Below are positions 61,141-64,000 of a stretch of DNA of 64,000 bases, in pieces. The translations under genes were made by a program, and so were the position numbers. Source of the stretch: Balamuthia mandrillaris (lineage: Eukaryota); assembly GCA_031835245.2 (NCBI GenBank), contig JAVKOQ020000030.1, forward strand, positions 186,001 to 250,000, written 5' to 3'. Every line of letters starts with the position of its first letter. Within the stretch, counting starts at the first letter, position 1. A model generated the notes under the pieces. That model saw only the letters and a list, made by a program, of their open reading frames with translations, was not told the origin of the DNA and did not search any database.

Positions 61141-61406
61141 GTTTTTCTTTCTTTCTTCTTTTTTGCTTTATTTTTTATTATTTTTAATTGCTTTTCATGG
61201 CATTCCCTAATTTAGTATTTTTATAAGCAACATAATAGATAGGTACGAGGCTATGAGGCGCAAAAATATCATTTGCGTTATCGATAGAATTTTCGATTTT
61301 CGATCATATCCGCAATAATTTTGATCTGAGTCCCAAAAGCTTGGCTTTATCAAACTTTATTGTGGCGAAAAGGTGGGGGGGAAATAGAAAGCGTCGTGGC
61401 GAAAAG

Positions 61407-61462
<56 letters not shown>

Positions 61463-61494
61463 AAAAACTCAGTGGTGCGAAAGGCAGAGATGCT

Positions 61495-63362
61495 TTAACT
61501 CCTTCGAGGACTTCTGCTGCGGCTCCTCCTGCTTCGCCTGCTATATCCAGGCGAAGGTGACCTTCTACTGTAGCCAGGCGAAGGAGATCTTCGGCTGCTA
61601 CCACCGCCGCCGCTGCGATAGGGGTGATACCTTTCAGAGTAACCGCCTCCATAACCACCACCGGCATAGCCCCCGCCGCCTCCATAGTAACCACCGTAGG
61701 CACCATAGCCACCGCCGTAGCCAATGTAAGCGCCGCCATAGGCGCCACCGCTGGGGTAGCCTCGGGAGGGGCCTGACCTACGTCTGTTTCTGTCTTGGCC
61801 CATGTAGTGGCCTGGAGTTGGGGATCTCGGTCGGTTCCGCTTTGACTGTGTATTGGATAGAAAGGAGTGAGGAGAAGAAAGGGAAGAGAGAGAGAGAGAG
61901 AGAGAGAGAAACAAAAATGTGAGGCCATAAGGAACAGAAAATGTTGGAAGAGGAAGAGAGTGAAAGAGGAGGAGGCAAAGTTGCAGGTTGATTTGGTTGG
62001 GGTTGCTAGCTTGAGAGTTGAAAACAAAAAAAAGCAACAGCAGATGATTTCTTGAATTGTGTTGTTGGAATTGTTGGTTGTTGCAAATTGGTTTGAAGCT
62101 CTCTTGAATTTTTGTTGTTGATTTGCTGGTGTTGCAAATAAACTTGAAGTGGTTGTTGGCAGCAAAGTGATAGGGCTGATGGATGATTTGCCTTTTCTTT
62201 TTCTTGAAATTGGTTTGGTTGGTATTGTTGTTGTCGTTGTTGTGGTGATTGCTAAAGGAAAGCTTTGCAAGAAAAGAAATTTGTTTGTTGCAGAGGTGTT
62301 GATTTTCTCTTGGCTTCAACAATATGGCTGTCAGTTGAATAAAAGCCGGCTGCAACGAAAGAAGAAAAGCAAATAAAAAAAACAGAATATTTGCTCCTCT
62401 TTCTTCAGCAACGCCGATAAGGTGCGCGGTGAAGAAAAACAAGAAGAACACAAGACAAAAAAAAAACAAGAACGGCAAATTGTGAAGGCAAAAACACCAA
62501 TAAAGTTGAGAGGGGAAGAACGAGCGCGAGAGGAGAAGGAGAGAAGGAAAATGGATGAAACGGATGCAAGCAAGAAAAGAGAGAGAACACAAAACAAACA
62601 AACCTTCTCCACGACAATGCTCCTTCCATCCAAGTCCGTGCGGTTGGTCTTCTCAAGGGCATAGTCCGCCGCCGCGGCCGACTCCATGGTGACAAAGGCA
62701 AAGCCCCGGGACTCGCGCGTGCGAGGATCCTTCACGATGGACACGCTCACCACCCCGCCATAGGGCGAGAACTTTCGCTCAATGTCTGGCTCGCGAGTGC
62801 GCAGGGAGAGCCCGGTTATGTAGAGGGTGTCCCCCGCGTTGGAGGAGTGGCCACGCTCTCCGCTGCGAGGTGGGGGAGAGCGAGAGTAGGAACGGCCGCG
62901 ATGACCTCGGTCGCGAGGCGAGCGCGAACGAGAGCGGGAATAGGGGGAACGACCACGATCCGAACGAGGTGGAGGGGAACGGCCACCACGGTCACCGCCG
63001 CCACGAGGAGAGCGAGGGGGAGGTGTGGGGGAGCGTTGTGGACGTTGTGACTGGGAGTGATGATCGTCGGCTGGATAAGCAGAGGAGGATTTGTGGGGGC
63101 TTCTGTTTTTATTTTGGTGATTTTGGAAAAAAAATAGAACAAGAGGTGAGAAGAATGATGCGAAAAAAACAACGGAGGAAAAAAAAGGGGGGCAGAAGGA
63201 AGTGTACCCAGCAGACTGCGATGAGAGGGAGAAAGTGCGGAGAGGTTGATATGGATTAATGCAAATAAAAGACAAAAAGGTCAGTTTTTTTCATTTTTTG
63301 TTTAGGGTTAGGGTAGCAGCAAACATATGAAAAAGAAGGGAGGGGGGAGGAAAAAAAACCAT
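61495..63362 (-). CDS. Transformer-2/SR45a-like RS-RRM-RS splicing factor; exons 63360-63362, 63208-63215, 62604-63102, 61495-61845
   Basis: LYITGLS (RNP2), DPRTRESRGFAFV (RNP1), post-RRM SKRNRPRSPTPGHYMG linker typical of Tra2/SR45a, RS tracts on both sides. Confidence 0.9.
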
Positions 63363-63600
63363 TTTGTGAATATCAAGTTGAAGCAACTAACGTCGCGTGG
63401 CCTCTTTTACACTAAACTTTCAAATCAAACTTTCTTTCTTTATTTTTCTTTTGTCGTTTCTTTAAGGTTCCTCTCACTTGCACTTCAAAACAGGTTTTCC
63501 GTCATTCAAATTTGTCCAACCCGAAAAGCGCTGGCACACCGAGACGTTTTTCGGCCCTGCCCTTGAATCAAGGCGCCTCCTAATATTTTTCTGATTTATC

Positions 63601-63650
63601 ATTGGTGCAGTGAAATCGATGACGTCACGTTCGTGTTCCGATTGGCTGAC
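63601..63650. promoter_or_regulatory. CRE-like palindrome TGACGTCA (63620-63627) flanked by two ATTGG (CCAAT) boxes
   Basis: Motifs visible upstream of the Tra2-like gene; function is inferred only. Confidence 0.35.
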
Positions 63651-64000
63651 CTCAGTCATGAAAAGAATCTGATCCGATCTGATCACTAGTAAAGAAAAGA
63701 AAAAGAAAGTCTGTCAAGAATTTCTCTCCTCTCCCTCTCTTCCTCGTGCTTCTGCTTCTTCTTCTTCTTGCTTCATTTATTTATTTATTTATTTTTTTGT
63801 GTCCCCATCCTTCCTTTCTCTTTCTCTTCTCCCTGAAGCTTCTTCTTCCGGGTACGTTCTGCTTTTCTTTTCTTTAGCTTGCATTAAGAGAGAGAGCAAT
63901 TAACACCAAAAAAATTAGTATAAAAACTTTTTTTTCTTTCTTTTCATTTCTTTTCTTTCTGCAGAAAGCGAAACATAAAAAAAAGCCACGCACCTATATA

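Noticed and set aside
63301..63313. Telomere or interstitial telomeric repeat TTTAGGGTTAGGG
   Set aside because: Only two units, inside an intron where the sense strand reads CCCTAAC; chance or a branch-like motif suffices.

Overview
Gene-dense, intron-rich eukaryotic genomic DNA. Gene content and intron style (about 70-300 nt GT-AG introns filled with (TCT)n/(TC)n microsatellites and an A-rich stretch before the AG) suggest a free-living amoebozoan of the Acanthamoeba/Balamuthia type; this is inference, not a database result. About 30 protein genes can be built by hand. They include a USP, a C2 protein, cysteine synthase, a Gfo/Idh/MocA oxidoreductase, two F-box genes, an NmrA-like protein, an amino-acid transporter, two tandem receptor tyrosine-kinase-like genes, LDAH, TSEN54, a ~2790-aa tail-anchored coiled-coil protein, Hsp20, TPRA1/CAND2, an MFS transporter, a Nudix hydrolase, a SAP protein, HAP40, a PHB-depolymerase-type esterase, an Erf4/GOLGA7-like protein and a Tra2/SR45a-like protein. 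Most short ORFs in the supplied track are artefacts of intronic microsatellites or antisense frames. Best leads: (1) two unannotated ~150-nt intergenic structured-RNA candidates with shared architecture and upstream TATA-like tracts; (2) an unrecognised 48-aa (26+22) amphipathic tandem-repeat protein; (3) an intronless homolog of p1, a subunit of the MTA1c DNA 6mA methyltransferase complex, flanked by an identical 18-bp direct repeat; (4) a palindromic TGTCGACA motif near many gene starts. All homology calls come from motif recognition by eye, and exon boundaries are manual.
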